DNA of 64,000 nucleotides from Bdellovibrionales bacterium (GCA_964230645.1 CAXRHT010000002.1:384001-448000), one strand, 5' to 3'. Shown: positions 49,800-60,512, numbered from the stretch's first letter. Made by a program: numbers and translations. Notes: generated by a model not told the origin, from the letters alone.

Positions 49800-49985
49800 G
49801 GATATCCTCCTAATCGACTCTAAAAGCCTCTCTAGAGACAATGATAGGAAGAATTAAAAGCTTTCACAAGAAAGCATAGAGTCCATCGTCCAGGAACTGG
49901 ACGTAAAGAAGGATCGTACTATTTTAAATAAGACCTATTAAGGCCTTTATAGAGGTCAAAGGTCGGGCTCAGACTCTCAAAAAAT

Positions 49986-50573
49986 TTACGAATAAAAAGG
50001 ATTGTCACCCTGATCGTGGTTGGTCACATCCACCACTTCTTTGATACTGGGAACAATTTGCTTGATAGCCCCCTCAATCCCCTCTTTCATCGTCTGGTAG
50101 GACATAGCACAGCCTTGGCAACCTCCACCCATTTCGAGGAAGACTTTATCCTCCTCAACAGAGTGAAGGACGACAAAACCACCGTGAGCGGAAAGCGCCG
50201 GATTGATCTGCTCTTCGATCAGTAAGGCAATCTGCTTGGCTTCAGGGCTATCGAGTTTCCCAGTATTTTGTGAGCCACTGGCCTCTGGGTTTTCTTCCAC
50301 ATCACCTTGTTGGGACTGGAAGTGCTCTCCAATAAGACCTTTAAGAGGCTCTTCTAAAACTTCCCACTCCACCCAGTCTTGTTTTAACACCTCGACAAAG
50401 TTATTTCCCACCGTGACTTTTTCCGTCCAAGGAAAACCGAAAATTTTGGAAGCAATCGGGGACTGCAAAGCTTCAGTGGAGTCTGTGTAGGTCTTCTCCC
50501 TTTGGCTGATTGTTTTCTCAACGAGGAAACGGCGCGCTTCGGGATTGTCTGTGGTTTGAGCTGAAATTGTCAT
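49986..50573 (-). CDS. NifU/Nfu-family Fe-S cluster scaffold
   Basis: Nfu_N-like T-x-NPEA..F; INPALSAHGG, GGGCQGC. Confidence 0.92.
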   Translation of the reverse strand: MTISAQTTDNPEARRFLVEKTISQREKTYTDSTEALQSPIASKIFGFPWTEKVTVGNNFVEVLKQDWVEWEVLEEPLKGLIGEHFQSQQGDVEENPEASGSQNTGKLDSPEAKQIALLIEEQINPALSAHGGFVVLHSVEEDKVFLEMGGGCQGCAMSYQTMKEGIEGAIKQIVPSIKEVVDVTNHDQGDNPFYS

Positions 50574-50634
50574 AAATACCTCTTAAAAGCTCTTTTAACA
50601 CAAAGCCTGAGACAAAGTAAAATCCCTAACCTGT

Positions 50635-51516
50635 TTAGGTCCACTGAGGATAAAAAAGACAAAACATAGCCGCAAAAAAAGAAGCCAAAGCCATCCACAG
50701 GTAGCGCGAAGGCCATAGTTTTAGCCATAAACACTCACAAAAGGTGGACATGACAGGATCGGTGAGCACAATGGAGGTCACCGTGGCCAGTTTTCCATGT
50801 TTTAGAGCCTGCAAGTAAAGAACCAGAGAAAGAAAGGTTCCACTAAAGCTTGCAAGGACTGCAATCCCTCTTTCTTTAAGAGTTAGGCGAGCCAAACCTT
50901 TAAAAAAATTCACTGGGATAAAGGGATAATAAACAACAAAAGATAAAACGGCCGCAAGTGTTCGAATGTACTGGGCATCAAAACCGTTAAGTTCAGGATT
51001 TAAATTAAAACCATGGCGAGTGAGGATGATGCCAAAGCTATCAAGAACCACTCCTCCAAAAGCTAATAAAAGACCATCCACTTCCCAATTCCCTCTGGTT
51101 TTAAAACGCTCGTAACTGAAGAGAAAAAGGCAAATGACAAAAAAGAGGATCGCTAAAAACTGCAGGGGAAAAAGTTCCTCCTCCCAAACGAAATAGGAAA
51201 AACTACCGACAATAAAGGGTTGAAAGCCATAGACGATAAGAGTTCTCGCTGGCCCCATGGTTTTGTAGGCCCCCAGGATCATCCAATCCGCGACATTGAG
51301 CCCAATCACCCCGCTCACCAGGAAAGGCCAATGTTCAATGCTCACACTCAAATCACCACGCATATAAAAAATGATGGGAACACTGAAAATTAGAGAAATC
51401 ACAGCCTTAAAAAGGTTCATCCAAAGAGCTGAGACTTTTTGGGAGAAATAGGTAAACCCAATGGCCGCGGTGGAAAAGGTCAGAACAGAGGAGAGGGCAA
51501 GAATATAGGCGGTCAT
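50635..51516 (-). CDS. DMT/EamA family transporter
   Basis: About 10 hydrophobic segments in two repeats, ~290 aa. Confidence 0.85.
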   Translation of the reverse strand: MTAYILALSSVLTFSTAAIGFTYFSQKVSALWMNLFKAVISLIFSVPIIFYMRGDLSVSIEHWPFLVSGVIGLNVADWMILGAYKTMGPARTLIVYGFQPFIVGSFSYFVWEEELFPLQFLAILFFVICLFLFSYERFKTRGNWEVDGLLLAFGGVVLDSFGIILTRHGFNLNPELNGFDAQYIRTLAAVLSFVVYYPFIPVNFFKGLARLTLKERGIAVLASFSGTFLSLVLYLQALKHGKLATVTSIVLTDPVMSTFCECLWLKLWPSRYLWMALASFFAAMFCLFYPQWT

Positions 51517-51780
51517 GGCAATTACACTTAAGTTAGGAAAAGGGCTTACTAAGAGTAGGCCCTACCTCCAATCTCCCCAATTAGCAAATAGGATCAATAA
51601 GACTCATTTTTTAGCCCCCTCCGATCGTCACGTATAAGTTTTACAATGGTTGTGACGTAAAAACCTCACGGAATGGCTCTCTTAATTGCTGGCGCTTGTT
51701 AAGCTCTTGTCAGAGTTGTTTGAGAATTTTGACTTACATAGTCAACTGTAGGATAAGAGCCGGGCTGGAGGCTAATCCCT

Positions 51781-53247
51781 ATGAAACCCTATTTACTTGC
51801 GACTGCCCTATTTTTTCAACTCTGCCATCCCCTCTTTGCCGAAGAAAAAGCACCGGAACTCACCAACGTTCCTGTGAGTAACGTGCTCGATCAGTCTGCC
51901 GTCCAAACCGAAGAGGATAAACTGGTCACAGAACTTTTTAGCTACGAAGATTTTCTCTACACAGGCTCAAGAAAAACGGAGCTTGGTGATCAGGTGAGAC
52001 TGGTTTCTCGTTTCCGTTATCAATTAACCGAAGAGGCTTGGACCTCTCTAGGATTTAGCACAAATCCTGATAGCGACCGCTTTGATAACAAAACTTCTGA
52101 TTTTGAATTTCGTACCGGTTATGTTTACGGAAACTTGGTGGGTCAGGCTGACTTTAGTTTCAACACCAATGATCCCGACGGGGGCATCTCTTTTGGTTTT
52201 GACCTTGATTCTGAGAATACTTTTTTACGTTATAAATTAGGCCAGTCGAATTACCAACTCACCTTCTTCCCCTTTAACTTCGATGGGGCTGTGGGTGTGA
52301 TCTATGACACGAGTGACGTGACCCGAATTTACTACATTCAGGGTACTCCTACAGCCCTTCCAATTGACCCCACAGCGAGTGCTACCAACCCCTTGCAAGT
52401 GGCTCAAAAGACAATTCCCGGTTTTGTTTTACGTTATAACAACGTGAAGACTAGAGACAATGTGGACAGTTTTTATTTTGGAATTGGTGCGGCTAGTTAC
52501 GAGTACCCCAACCAACCGGGTTTTAATATTCTTCAAACAAGCACGAGCCAGGATTGGTCGAGAAAAGAAGCCTTGGGGTATAAGTTTGGTGGTTTATTAA
52601 GAAGACCTTACAGCTTTAACTCACTTCAATTTGTCAGCCAAACCAACAGTAATGAAACCGGAACACTGCTTGAATCAGCGGCTTCGTTTTATTCTCTCAC
52701 TCGTTTTTCTCCCATCATGATGGAGCTTGAAATCACAGCCTCTGAAGGGGGCGAGAATCCTTGGCGGATTGATCGCAATGGCAACTTCGGCGACCCTGAT
52801 TTGTTCACCTCGACTTTAGCAACCAATCGAGTTTACGCCGATCGCGCTGGCAACCTTCAGGATTGGACCGGTCAGTGGGGCTTTGCACAAAGTCTTAAGG
52901 TGGGCTTAGCTGGTCAGAGTTACCGACCTTATCTTTCCTACCGTTACCTCGATGAAAACTTTGTTTATCAATCGCGAATTTCTGCACATAACTTGAGAAC
53001 CAATGACTTAAGTCAGTCCCACGGGGGGCTTAATGCCATTGGCGTGGGGGCTTTTATGTACAGCGGAAATTTTATTATCAACCCACGTTTTGAATACCTT
53101 AAAGCCTCCAATGATGTGTTCACTAAGGCCTCTGAGATTTCGCAATTCCCTCAGAGCCAAACGAGAACAGACAATGACTTTAGTTTCTTTATCAACGTCT
53201 CCTACTTTTTTGACGTTCGGACGGGACCAAGAACTTTCAGGCTTTAA
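51781..53247 (+). CDS. Putative outer-membrane beta-barrel
   Basis: Signal peptide; many aromatic amphipathic strands (FFINVSYFF); GGAGG SD. Confidence 0.7.
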   Translation: MKPYLLATALFFQLCHPLFAEEKAPELTNVPVSNVLDQSAVQTEEDKLVTELFSYEDFLYTGSRKTELGDQVRLVSRFRYQLTEEAWTSLGFSTNPDSDRFDNKTSDFEFRTGYVYGNLVGQADFSFNTNDPDGGISFGFDLDSENTFLRYKLGQSNYQLTFFPFNFDGAVGVIYDTSDVTRIYYIQGTPTALPIDPTASATNPLQVAQKTIPGFVLRYNNVKTRDNVDSFYFGIGAASYEYPNQPGFNILQTSTSQDWSRKEALGYKFGGLLRRPYSFNSLQFVSQTNSNETGTLLESAASFYSLTRFSPIMMELEITASEGGENPWRIDRNGNFGDPDLFTSTLATNRVYADRAGNLQDWTGQWGFAQSLKVGLAGQSYRPYLSYRYLDENFVYQSRISAHNLRTNDLSQSHGGLNAIGVGAFMYSGNFIINPRFEYLKASNDVFTKASEISQFPQSQTRTDNDFSFFINVSYFFDVRTGPRTFRL

Positions 53248-53259
53248 GGAGCATTTATT

Positions 53260-55257
53260 GTGTTTAAATGGACTTTAATTTTACCCTTCGTTTTCACTTC
53301 CCTCTTAGTGGGATGTGACTCTTCTAACAATCAGGACCCCAGTGTTGGCGTCAACGTCGACAATCAATTACTTCTTGAAACAGAACAAAGACTTTTGGAT
53401 TTCGAGCAAGTCTTCTCTTTGGGGCAAGTTTTCCGAGATCACCCCCAGGCCGACAAAAGATTGATTCGCTCAGCACTGGATAAATCGCGAGCTGGTGTAC
53501 AGATACTCGTTCGCTATCAAGGCTCTTTGATGCCTTCATCTCAAGCGCAACTGGCTTACAACGAACTCAGCTCCGCTATTTACCTTCTAGAGAAAGTGCG
53601 TCTTCTTGAAGGGGACACCGAGGAAACCAGTGATCTCTTTAATAACATTCGTCTCCTCCGCCACGACCTAGGAAACTCTTTGGGTAAAAGTGCCAACTCT
53701 TGGGTTCTTTACAAACATAACTTTGGTGATGGCATCGAACCGGAATTCCGAGCCCCGGAAGGAGAGGATCGTCATGGTTCCGTACAGTGGGGTACGAACT
53801 TTCAAATCGACCTTCCAAAGGCCAAAGTTCAAGCCAGTGAGGGTTATGCCTGGCTTGTTTCCAGAAGTTTTGATCTAAGCCAAGTTCAAAACCCGGCCTT
53901 TCGCTTTCACGCCACTTACTTGGTTTCAAGTCGTGACTCCGAACTCACTCTATACGAGGTGGTGAAGAGAGTATTTAAGGTCTACGCTATTTTAGATTTA
54001 AAACCAGGAGAATCTCTTGAGAAAATTCCAGAGGAAAGAAAAATTCGCATCGAGTACAACCCCGACGAAGTTCCCAAGGCTCGCGATTTTCATGACCGCT
54101 GGCTTCCCTTTCGCTCTCTGAGTGCCTACAAAGATCATAAGATTTCCATTGGTTTCTTATTTGATACGCGCGATATCCCCCATCCCCAGTTTTACATTTG
54201 GGACATCTATGATTTTGAAATTGTGGGTGCTGGTAAAATTCAAAGTGCGCCTTATCTTTATGAAGCCAACTTCTCTTCAGGAATCTCTCCTTTTAATTCC
54301 ATGAGTTCTCTTTTTCTTGGCAAAAGTTTTGTGGCCGATAACGGGGCGGCTTTTGTTGAGACCACAGAGACTGAGAGGACCGACGCGGCTCTGTTAAGTC
54401 CCATGTATTACGCGCGAAAGATTCCTTACTTTGATCACAAGTTACTTCTTACATTCAAAAACGATTTGATTCTCAGTGGACCTGAGGCCAAAGCAGAAGT
54501 CCTAATTTCAACAGACTATATTCCTGGTCGCCAATTCAAAAGACAAGGTCAGGGTTGGACTCCTCTCAGTGTGAACTCGGCTGAGGACACCGATGGATCG
54601 CAAGTTGATTTGACTGATTATATAGGACAGGAATTTTATCTTGCCTTTTATTTTTCTTCCAAACAGGCTGGAGACTTTTGGCGCCTTACTGATCTTATGA
54701 TCCAAGGTCACGGCACTCCTCTTTACGACATTCCTTTTGTAGTGGAAGAAAATGTCGAAATAGACCTTAACCATCAATTTGATTTTACCAGTGAAGAGTT
54801 TCAACAAACTCTGATAACGGAACTTGAAGAAGACGATGGCCCCCTTTGGCGTCCTTCTCGCGATAGCGATGGCATGCGCTGTAATGCCCATAGAGGAAGT
54901 GACCCCGCTCGTCCGGGCTGGTCTCGCATGATCGTACCGTCCGTTAAACTGGCTGAAGGTAAAAATCTCCTCAGAATCCTCCACAGGGTGAAATTTTTTA
55001 AGAGTTCTCCTTTTGAGCACTTAAAAGTTGCCGTGCGCGCATCAGGAAGTGAAGACGAGTGGCAAACACTCAACTTCACCCCTAATAACCTCCTTGGGGA
55101 CACGGGCTCTGGCAATGAATTTGAGTACTCCTCTTGGGCCCTTCTTCCTTTTGAAAATCAAGAAGTGGATGTGGCTTTTATTTATGAAGCCTCAGAAACC
55201 GGATCGCCTGAATGGATTGTGCAAGCCCTTGAAATCGGACTGGGAGTGAAGGAATGA
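53260..55257 (+). CDS. Lipoprotein with three DUF5017/cleaved-adhesin-like beta-sandwich domains
   Basis: LVGC lipobox; repeated WLVSRSFDLS / LLSP..ISTDY..W..L..DLTDY.G..FYLAF..W pattern. Confidence 0.65.
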   Translation: MFKWTLILPFVFTSLLVGCDSSNNQDPSVGVNVDNQLLLETEQRLLDFEQVFSLGQVFRDHPQADKRLIRSALDKSRAGVQILVRYQGSLMPSSQAQLAYNELSSAIYLLEKVRLLEGDTEETSDLFNNIRLLRHDLGNSLGKSANSWVLYKHNFGDGIEPEFRAPEGEDRHGSVQWGTNFQIDLPKAKVQASEGYAWLVSRSFDLSQVQNPAFRFHATYLVSSRDSELTLYEVVKRVFKVYAILDLKPGESLEKIPEERKIRIEYNPDEVPKARDFHDRWLPFRSLSAYKDHKISIGFLFDTRDIPHPQFYIWDIYDFEIVGAGKIQSAPYLYEANFSSGISPFNSMSSLFLGKSFVADNGAAFVETTETERTDAALLSPMYYARKIPYFDHKLLLTFKNDLILSGPEAKAEVLISTDYIPGRQFKRQGQGWTPLSVNSAEDTDGSQVDLTDYIGQEFYLAFYFSSKQAGDFWRLTDLMIQGHGTPLYDIPFVVEENVEIDLNHQFDFTSEEFQQTLITELEEDDGPLWRPSRDSDGMRCNAHRGSDPARPGWSRMIVPSVKLAEGKNLLRILHRVKFFKSSPFEHLKVAVRASGSEDEWQTLNFTPNNLLGDTGSGNEFEYSSWALLPFENQEVDVAFIYEASETGSPEWIVQALEIGLGVKE

Positions 55258-57830
55258 CGAGAATTTTGTTAAAATTCTTTTTTATTTCAAACTTTAGTCT
55301 CTTAGTGGCTTGCTCTCAAAATGAGGGCACGCGCGCACCGGAAGCCTTTGGGCTTTTAAGCACGCAAACCGATGGCACACACTCCACTGAACTTGGAAAC
55401 TTCACAGCCACGGCTGTGAAAGAAGCCTACGATTTGGACTTTGCTCTCCTTCCGGCCAAATACTACTCGGGGCGCCAAGATCTTTTTGAAGTTCGGCCCG
55501 CGATGACGGAAACTGAGATCAACGAAGTTCTCAGCCATTACCCGATTGATCCCCAAGACCAACTCCTTATTGGTTCGATTTCAGGAAAAAATTTAAAAGA
55601 ATTTATTATCGCAAGATCGTCTGAGTACTACAAACTTGATCTTGAGGTGGCAGGCCTCTGGTATGACATAAGCTTTGTGGGAGGGGTGGTGGAATCTACC
55701 CTTATGAGTATTGAGGGGCGACTTCCTATTGACGATAAGCAAAAATACAGAATTGCCATCAGTGATGACTTCTATTTCGGCTCGGCCTTCCCAGGCTACA
55801 AGTATCGTAACAATTTTAATTTCGTCTTTAACCGCGAGCGCGTCCAAAGATCGATCCACGAAGCGGTTCGTGTTTATCTCTCCAATACAAAAACTTCTTT
55901 TCCCAACTGGTCTCAAACTAGAGGCCAAGTGCGAAATATTATCAAAGAGAATCTGGGTTTAAAAACAGTGGCTCAAATCCAGGGGCCCGGCCACTCAAGT
56001 CCCTTAAGAGCCCATATTGTGACGACAACAGGAATCGTCACAGCTGTGGGTTCTGATAACTGGTTTCCCTATGATCTCGACATCTACATCCAAAGCCAAA
56101 CCCCTGACGGCTCCCCTCTTACCTCCGAAGGTCTTCATATAAGTTCTGATTTTAACAATGTGGATATAAAGCTTGGTCAAAAAATTGAAGTCACAGGCAT
56201 GGTGATGGAGGAAATGCGAACCAACGGTATGGGCGAGACCACTCTCAGATTGACCCAGCCTCCAAAAATTTTAGAACGCGACCTGCCTCTTCCCGAAGCC
56301 AAGGAGCTTAGTAATATCCCCACCGAGCGTATCTCCACTTTCGATGGCTCTCTTATGGGTAAAAAAACTCTCGATTTGAACGATGGGATTGATTATTGGG
56401 AGAGCCTTGAGGGCATGAGAGTGAAAACCCGTGACCTCGTGGTCTCTGGTTTTCGCGGGGGTGGTGAGGAGCTTCTTGCTATTTCTGACCGATTTTATCT
56501 TAACCTATATGTTTACTCTAAAAGCAGTTACTCCCAAGATCTCTTGACTCACAACGGTGGCTTGATGCCTGATTTTTTAGAGCAAGACTTCAACCCTGAG
56601 CTTTTTGTGATTACCACAAATCATCTCTCAAAAGGCATTGCCGTGGATAAGGGGGGCGATGAGTACTACTCTTATAACGTTGGCGACGAGATTGCCCACT
56701 CCGAGCTTCCTGGAGAATTACAAAGTCTTGAGGGTGTGATGACTTACCCTAAAAATCTTTTTGGGGGCGGAGAGTACGCTCTTGTTCTTCCGGAGCCTCA
56801 AGAGGCGATGAAGTATGAAAACATAAAAACCCAGGGCTTTGTTAAACTCAAAGATCGACCAAAAACACAGTTTAACTCACATAATAATCGAGAGGAAATC
56901 ACCCTCACAACTTTCAATTTAGAAAATTTGGCGGGAAACCGTCAGGACCGTATCGACAAGTTAGCAGAAATGATTGATGAAAATCTCAATTGCCCTGATC
57001 TTATTAATCTTGTGGAAGTACAAGACAACAACGGCTTCTCGCTCCGTAAAGGAGCCAGTGCTGAGGTTACGTTAAAAAAGATCAAAGTGGCTGTACAACA
57101 GCGTTGCAGCCTGGCCCATTACGAGTACATCAATATTGATCCCTTTGAGCAATCCGAAGGAGGACAGCCAGGAGGAAACATCCGGGTGTCTTTAATGTAC
57201 AATCAGGAAAAATTGGGATTTCAATACCGCGGAGAGTTTGACCCCTTAACGGGGGGGCACACCGGCGTACTTCCTGGAGGGATTTTAAGCTTAAACCCAG
57301 GTCGCGTCTTTCCCCTTGATGAAGCTTTTAATGGATCAAGAAGAAGTCCTGTTATGGAATTTTACTTAAAAGCAAACAGAGAAAAGAAACTTTATTTTAT
57401 AGGCGCTCACTTAAACTCAAAACTTGGAGACACTGACTTCTGGGGGAATCTACAACCCATCGCTCAACTCTCTGATGATCGAAGAGCGCAAATGGCAGAG
57501 AAACTCAATCAATTCGCGCGCTGGATTGAATCAGAAAACCCGAAAGCCCATATTTTTGTTCTCGGTGACTTCAACGCTCTTTCTGAAGAGTCTTCCATGC
57601 AGGTTCTCGCCGGTACGGACCAATTTCTTCGCAATGGTATGGAGTGGATTCCACGAAATCAGCGTTACACAACCAACCACAATGGAAACTCTCAACCTCT
57701 CGACTATATCTTTATGAATCGAAATGTTTACTCAAAAGATTGCACAGAGGTTGAAGTCCTCCATTTAAATTCAGACTTTATGGGACGAATCTCTGATCAC
57801 GATCCTGTGATTGTGAAAACTTGTTTTTAA
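55254..57830 (+). CDS. Extracellular nuclease lipoprotein: 5'-nucleotidase C-terminal-like domain, OB domain and ExeM/NucH-like EEP domain
   Basis: LVAC lipobox; STELGNF..A..DFAL..IDDKQKYRIA; VAQIQG..SPL; TFNLENL, EVQD, GGNIR, HLNSK, GDFN, LDYI, SDHDP. Confidence 0.85.
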   Translation: MTRILLKFFFISNFSLLVACSQNEGTRAPEAFGLLSTQTDGTHSTELGNFTATAVKEAYDLDFALLPAKYYSGRQDLFEVRPAMTETEINEVLSHYPIDPQDQLLIGSISGKNLKEFIIARSSEYYKLDLEVAGLWYDISFVGGVVESTLMSIEGRLPIDDKQKYRIAISDDFYFGSAFPGYKYRNNFNFVFNRERVQRSIHEAVRVYLSNTKTSFPNWSQTRGQVRNIIKENLGLKTVAQIQGPGHSSPLRAHIVTTTGIVTAVGSDNWFPYDLDIYIQSQTPDGSPLTSEGLHISSDFNNVDIKLGQKIEVTGMVMEEMRTNGMGETTLRLTQPPKILERDLPLPEAKELSNIPTERISTFDGSLMGKKTLDLNDGIDYWESLEGMRVKTRDLVVSGFRGGGEELLAISDRFYLNLYVYSKSSYSQDLLTHNGGLMPDFLEQDFNPELFVITTNHLSKGIAVDKGGDEYYSYNVGDEIAHSELPGELQSLEGVMTYPKNLFGGGEYALVLPEPQEAMKYENIKTQGFVKLKDRPKTQFNSHNNREEITLTTFNLENLAGNRQDRIDKLAEMIDENLNCPDLINLVEVQDNNGFSLRKGASAEVTLKKIKVAVQQRCSLAHYEYINIDPFEQSEGGQPGGNIRVSLMYNQEKLGFQYRGEFDPLTGGHTGVLPGGILSLNPGRVFPLDEAFNGSRRSPVMEFYLKANREKKLYFIGAHLNSKLGDTDFWGNLQPIAQLSDDRRAQMAEKLNQFARWIESENPKAHIFVLGDFNALSEESSMQVLAGTDQFLRNGMEWIPRNQRYTTNHNGNSQPLDYIFMNRNVYSKDCTEVEVLHLNSDFMGRISDHDPVIVKTCF

Positions 57831-57848
57831 AAAATTATTCTCCTCTCA

Positions 57849-57884
57849 ATCTTGGTGGTAATTCTTTAAACTTACCACCAAGAT
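57849..57884. terminator. Stem-loop after the nuclease operon
   Basis: ATCTTGGTGGTAA-N10-TTACCACCAAGAT perfect 13-bp stem; no clear U-tract. Confidence 0.55.
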
Positions 57885-57947
57885 GACAAAAATGTAGAGA
57901 CAAGCTAATTTACTGCCAATCAAAATGAAACCCAAAGAGGCTACCCT

Positions 57948-59198
57948 ATGCATTCTCAATCGGCTTTAATCACAAATGATGCCATCGTTCTTGGTCTTTT
58001 ATTTGCTGTTCTTGGACTTATTTTTTATTCGGAAAAATTAGCAGCCTTCAAAAAGTTTTATTCGGTCGTCCCCTCTTTGCTTCTTTGTTATTTTATTCCA
58101 GGACTGCTCAATACCTTTGGAATTATAGATGGAGGAAGCTCACAGCTTTACTTTGTCGCCTCCCGGTATCTACTGCCTGCCATTTTAATTTTGCTCACCG
58201 TGAGTGTGGATCTATCAGAAATATTAAAACTTGGTCCTAAAGCTTTGATTATGTTTTTCACCGGCACATTCGGAATAATTTTCGGAGGTCCTATTGCTGT
58301 CCTGGCCGCGGGATGGTTTTTCCCAGATCTTGTTGAAGGTATCGGTGCCGACAGGTTTTGGAGAGGTCTCACCACAGTAGCGGGAACATGGATTGGTGGT
58401 GGAGCCAACCAGGCCAGTATGAAGGAAATTTTCCGGGTCGATGGCCCTCTATTTTCTCTCATGGTCGTAGTCGACATTCTTGTCGCTAATTTATGGATGG
58501 CCATTCTATTGATCATGGCTGGACGCGTGGATAAAATCGACCGCTGGGTCGGAGCTGACACCAGTGCTCTGGATAACCTTAAAAAGAAAATGCAAGATTA
58601 CCAACATAAGAACGAAAAGATCCCTAGCACTCATCATTTGATGATGATTGCGAGTTTCTCTTTCACCTTGATGGGACTCTCCCACTTGGTCGCTGATACG
58701 GTGGCCCCGTTTTTCCAGGAAAACTTTCCCTCTTTGGCAAAATTTAGCCTCACCTCTTCTTTCTTTTGGCTCGTTATCACCGCCACCACCATTGGGCTTG
58801 GTTTTTCTTTCACTCCGGTGCGCAAGATTGAACATGTGGGAGCCTCCAAAGTGGGGACCGTTCTTCTTTATGTATTGATTGCCACGATCGGCATGCATAT
58901 GAACGTTTTAGAAATTCTTAAACACCCCTCTTTGTTTTTCATTGGTCTTATTTGGATGTCCTTTCATGCCTTTTTAATTCTTCTCGTTGGAAGACTGATC
59001 AAAGCCCCTCTCTTTTATATGGCTGTGGGCTCGCAAGCCAATGTGGGGGGAGCCGCTTCAGCTCCCGTAGTCGCGAGTTGCTTTCACCCTTCTCTGGCTC
59101 CAGTGGGAGTTCTCCTGGCCGTCTTTGGCTATGTGGTGGGAACTTACGGCGCTTGGCTCTGTGGGCAACTTATGAGGCTGGCCTCTCTTTCCTTGTAA
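57948..59198 (+). CDS. DUF819-family membrane protein
   Basis: SRYLLPA, GTWIGGGANQ, GSQANVGGAASAPVVA. Confidence 0.9.
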   Translation: MHSQSALITNDAIVLGLLFAVLGLIFYSEKLAAFKKFYSVVPSLLLCYFIPGLLNTFGIIDGGSSQLYFVASRYLLPAILILLTVSVDLSEILKLGPKALIMFFTGTFGIIFGGPIAVLAAGWFFPDLVEGIGADRFWRGLTTVAGTWIGGGANQASMKEIFRVDGPLFSLMVVVDILVANLWMAILLIMAGRVDKIDRWVGADTSALDNLKKKMQDYQHKNEKIPSTHHLMMIASFSFTLMGLSHLVADTVAPFFQENFPSLAKFSLTSSFFWLVITATTIGLGFSFTPVRKIEHVGASKVGTVLLYVLIATIGMHMNVLEILKHPSLFFIGLIWMSFHAFLILLVGRLIKAPLFYMAVGSQANVGGAASAPVVASCFHPSLAPVGVLLAVFGYVVGTYGAWLCGQLMRLASLSL

Positions 59199-59314
59199 TT
59201 TCTACAACATCGGCAACTGAGTTCATTGTAGTTGAGTCAAAAGAAAAGATAATTCGAGCACATTAATAAACTTAATGGTACATCCATCCCATTCAAATCT
59301 TACGGGGGTGGGAG

Positions 59315-60115
59315 ATGTTTTTTTCAAAAATCCTAATTTTCACAGGCCTTATTGTTGCCCTAACCACAAAGCCCAGCTCAGCCGCGCTTACCTGCCAGAG
59401 TGTTTTTAAACAGAACACTCCCATGGACATGACTCTTTTTTTAGGAGCACAATTGGAGCAAGCTCAAGCACGTCTTGTGGAGGCCACCACATTGGTTGAG
59501 GCCAATCAACAGGTTCATGAAATGGTCGTCACTTCCAATGAGCTTCTAGACAATGCGATCAAGGCCATTACGACATTGAATGTTGAAGAGCTTGGTGGTG
59601 ATGAGAAAGCCAGTTTAATGGCCGTTGCCGAAATTGGCATTGAAAAGCTTCAGCAGACGTTTGCTATCGATGACCTCAGTATGAAAAATGCCATTACAGC
59701 GAGAATTCAAAAGCTTATCGCCGAAGAAAAGCTCCGCCAGCAATTACAATCTAAGAAAAGAGCCATTGGTTTTAATCGTGATGAGAGCTCTGAGGACTTT
59801 CATGCTAATCAACCAGCCCCAGAGCCTATTGGGTTTGATATTGGTAAAAGTGAAGAACTAGCCGAGTCAATCGAGGAGGCTGTGGTTTATGTCGATGAAT
59901 CCCCAGCGGCTCGGCCCACAAGACAACCCATTGGTTTTGTGAAGCTTGAGGATGCTCATTTAAGTGAGAGTGAAACGACCCAAGAGGGCATCGGTTTTTT
60001 ACCTCCAAAGGAGCCGGATCTCTCGGAACAAAACTCAAGAGACCTCAACCAGATTACCTTCGATTCCGAGCAGGGTGAATTTGTCCTGGTCTCAGAAACG
60101 CCTTTGGGTTTTTGA
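59315..60115 (+). CDS. Secreted protein with helical N-domain and acidic tail bearing repeated IGF motifs
   Basis: Signal peptide followed by CQSVF; IGF at residues 151, 172, 206 and 226, plus terminal LGF. Confidence 0.8.
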   Translation: MFFSKILIFTGLIVALTTKPSSAALTCQSVFKQNTPMDMTLFLGAQLEQAQARLVEATTLVEANQQVHEMVVTSNELLDNAIKAITTLNVEELGGDEKASLMAVAEIGIEKLQQTFAIDDLSMKNAITARIQKLIAEEKLRQQLQSKKRAIGFNRDESSEDFHANQPAPEPIGFDIGKSEELAESIEEAVVYVDESPAARPTRQPIGFVKLEDAHLSESETTQEGIGFLPPKEPDLSEQNSRDLNQITFDSEQGEFVLVSETPLGF

Positions 60116-60116
60116 A

Positions 60117-60512
60117 CTACACCATACTTTCGTGGCTAATGATTTTTTCTAGCCTCTGGTGATCCAGAGGCTTGGTTAAATGAAATTCAAAGCCAGAGCT
60201 GAAAGAGCGTTGTTCCCACTGTTGACCTTCATTTCCGGTCAGGGCCACAAAAACAGTTTCAAGTGACTCGTTACGAGCTTTGCATTTGGCCGCCACTTCA
60301 TAGCCCGTCATACCGGGCATATTGATGTCGATGAGTGCAAAGTCTGGTTTGACCTCTTCGATTTTTGAAATCGCTTCTTCGCCGTTTTCTACGAGAATAA
60401 GATCGTAGCCCTTAGAGGCAAGAAGAGCTTGGCAGATGGAGCGAGCGTGTTTACTGTCGTCGGCCACCAGAATGGTTTGCGAAGGATTTTCCTTATTTTG
60501 TTTGCTTTCCAT
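60117..60512 (-). CDS. Single-domain response regulator (receiver)
   Basis: ILVADD, DINMPGMTG, ALTG, KP. Confidence 0.92.
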   Translation of the reverse strand: MESKQNKENPSQTILVADDSKHARSICQALLASKGYDLILVENGEEAISKIEEVKPDFALIDINMPGMTGYEVAAKCKARNESLETVFVALTGNEGQQWEQRSFSSGFEFHLTKPLDHQRLEKIISHESMV

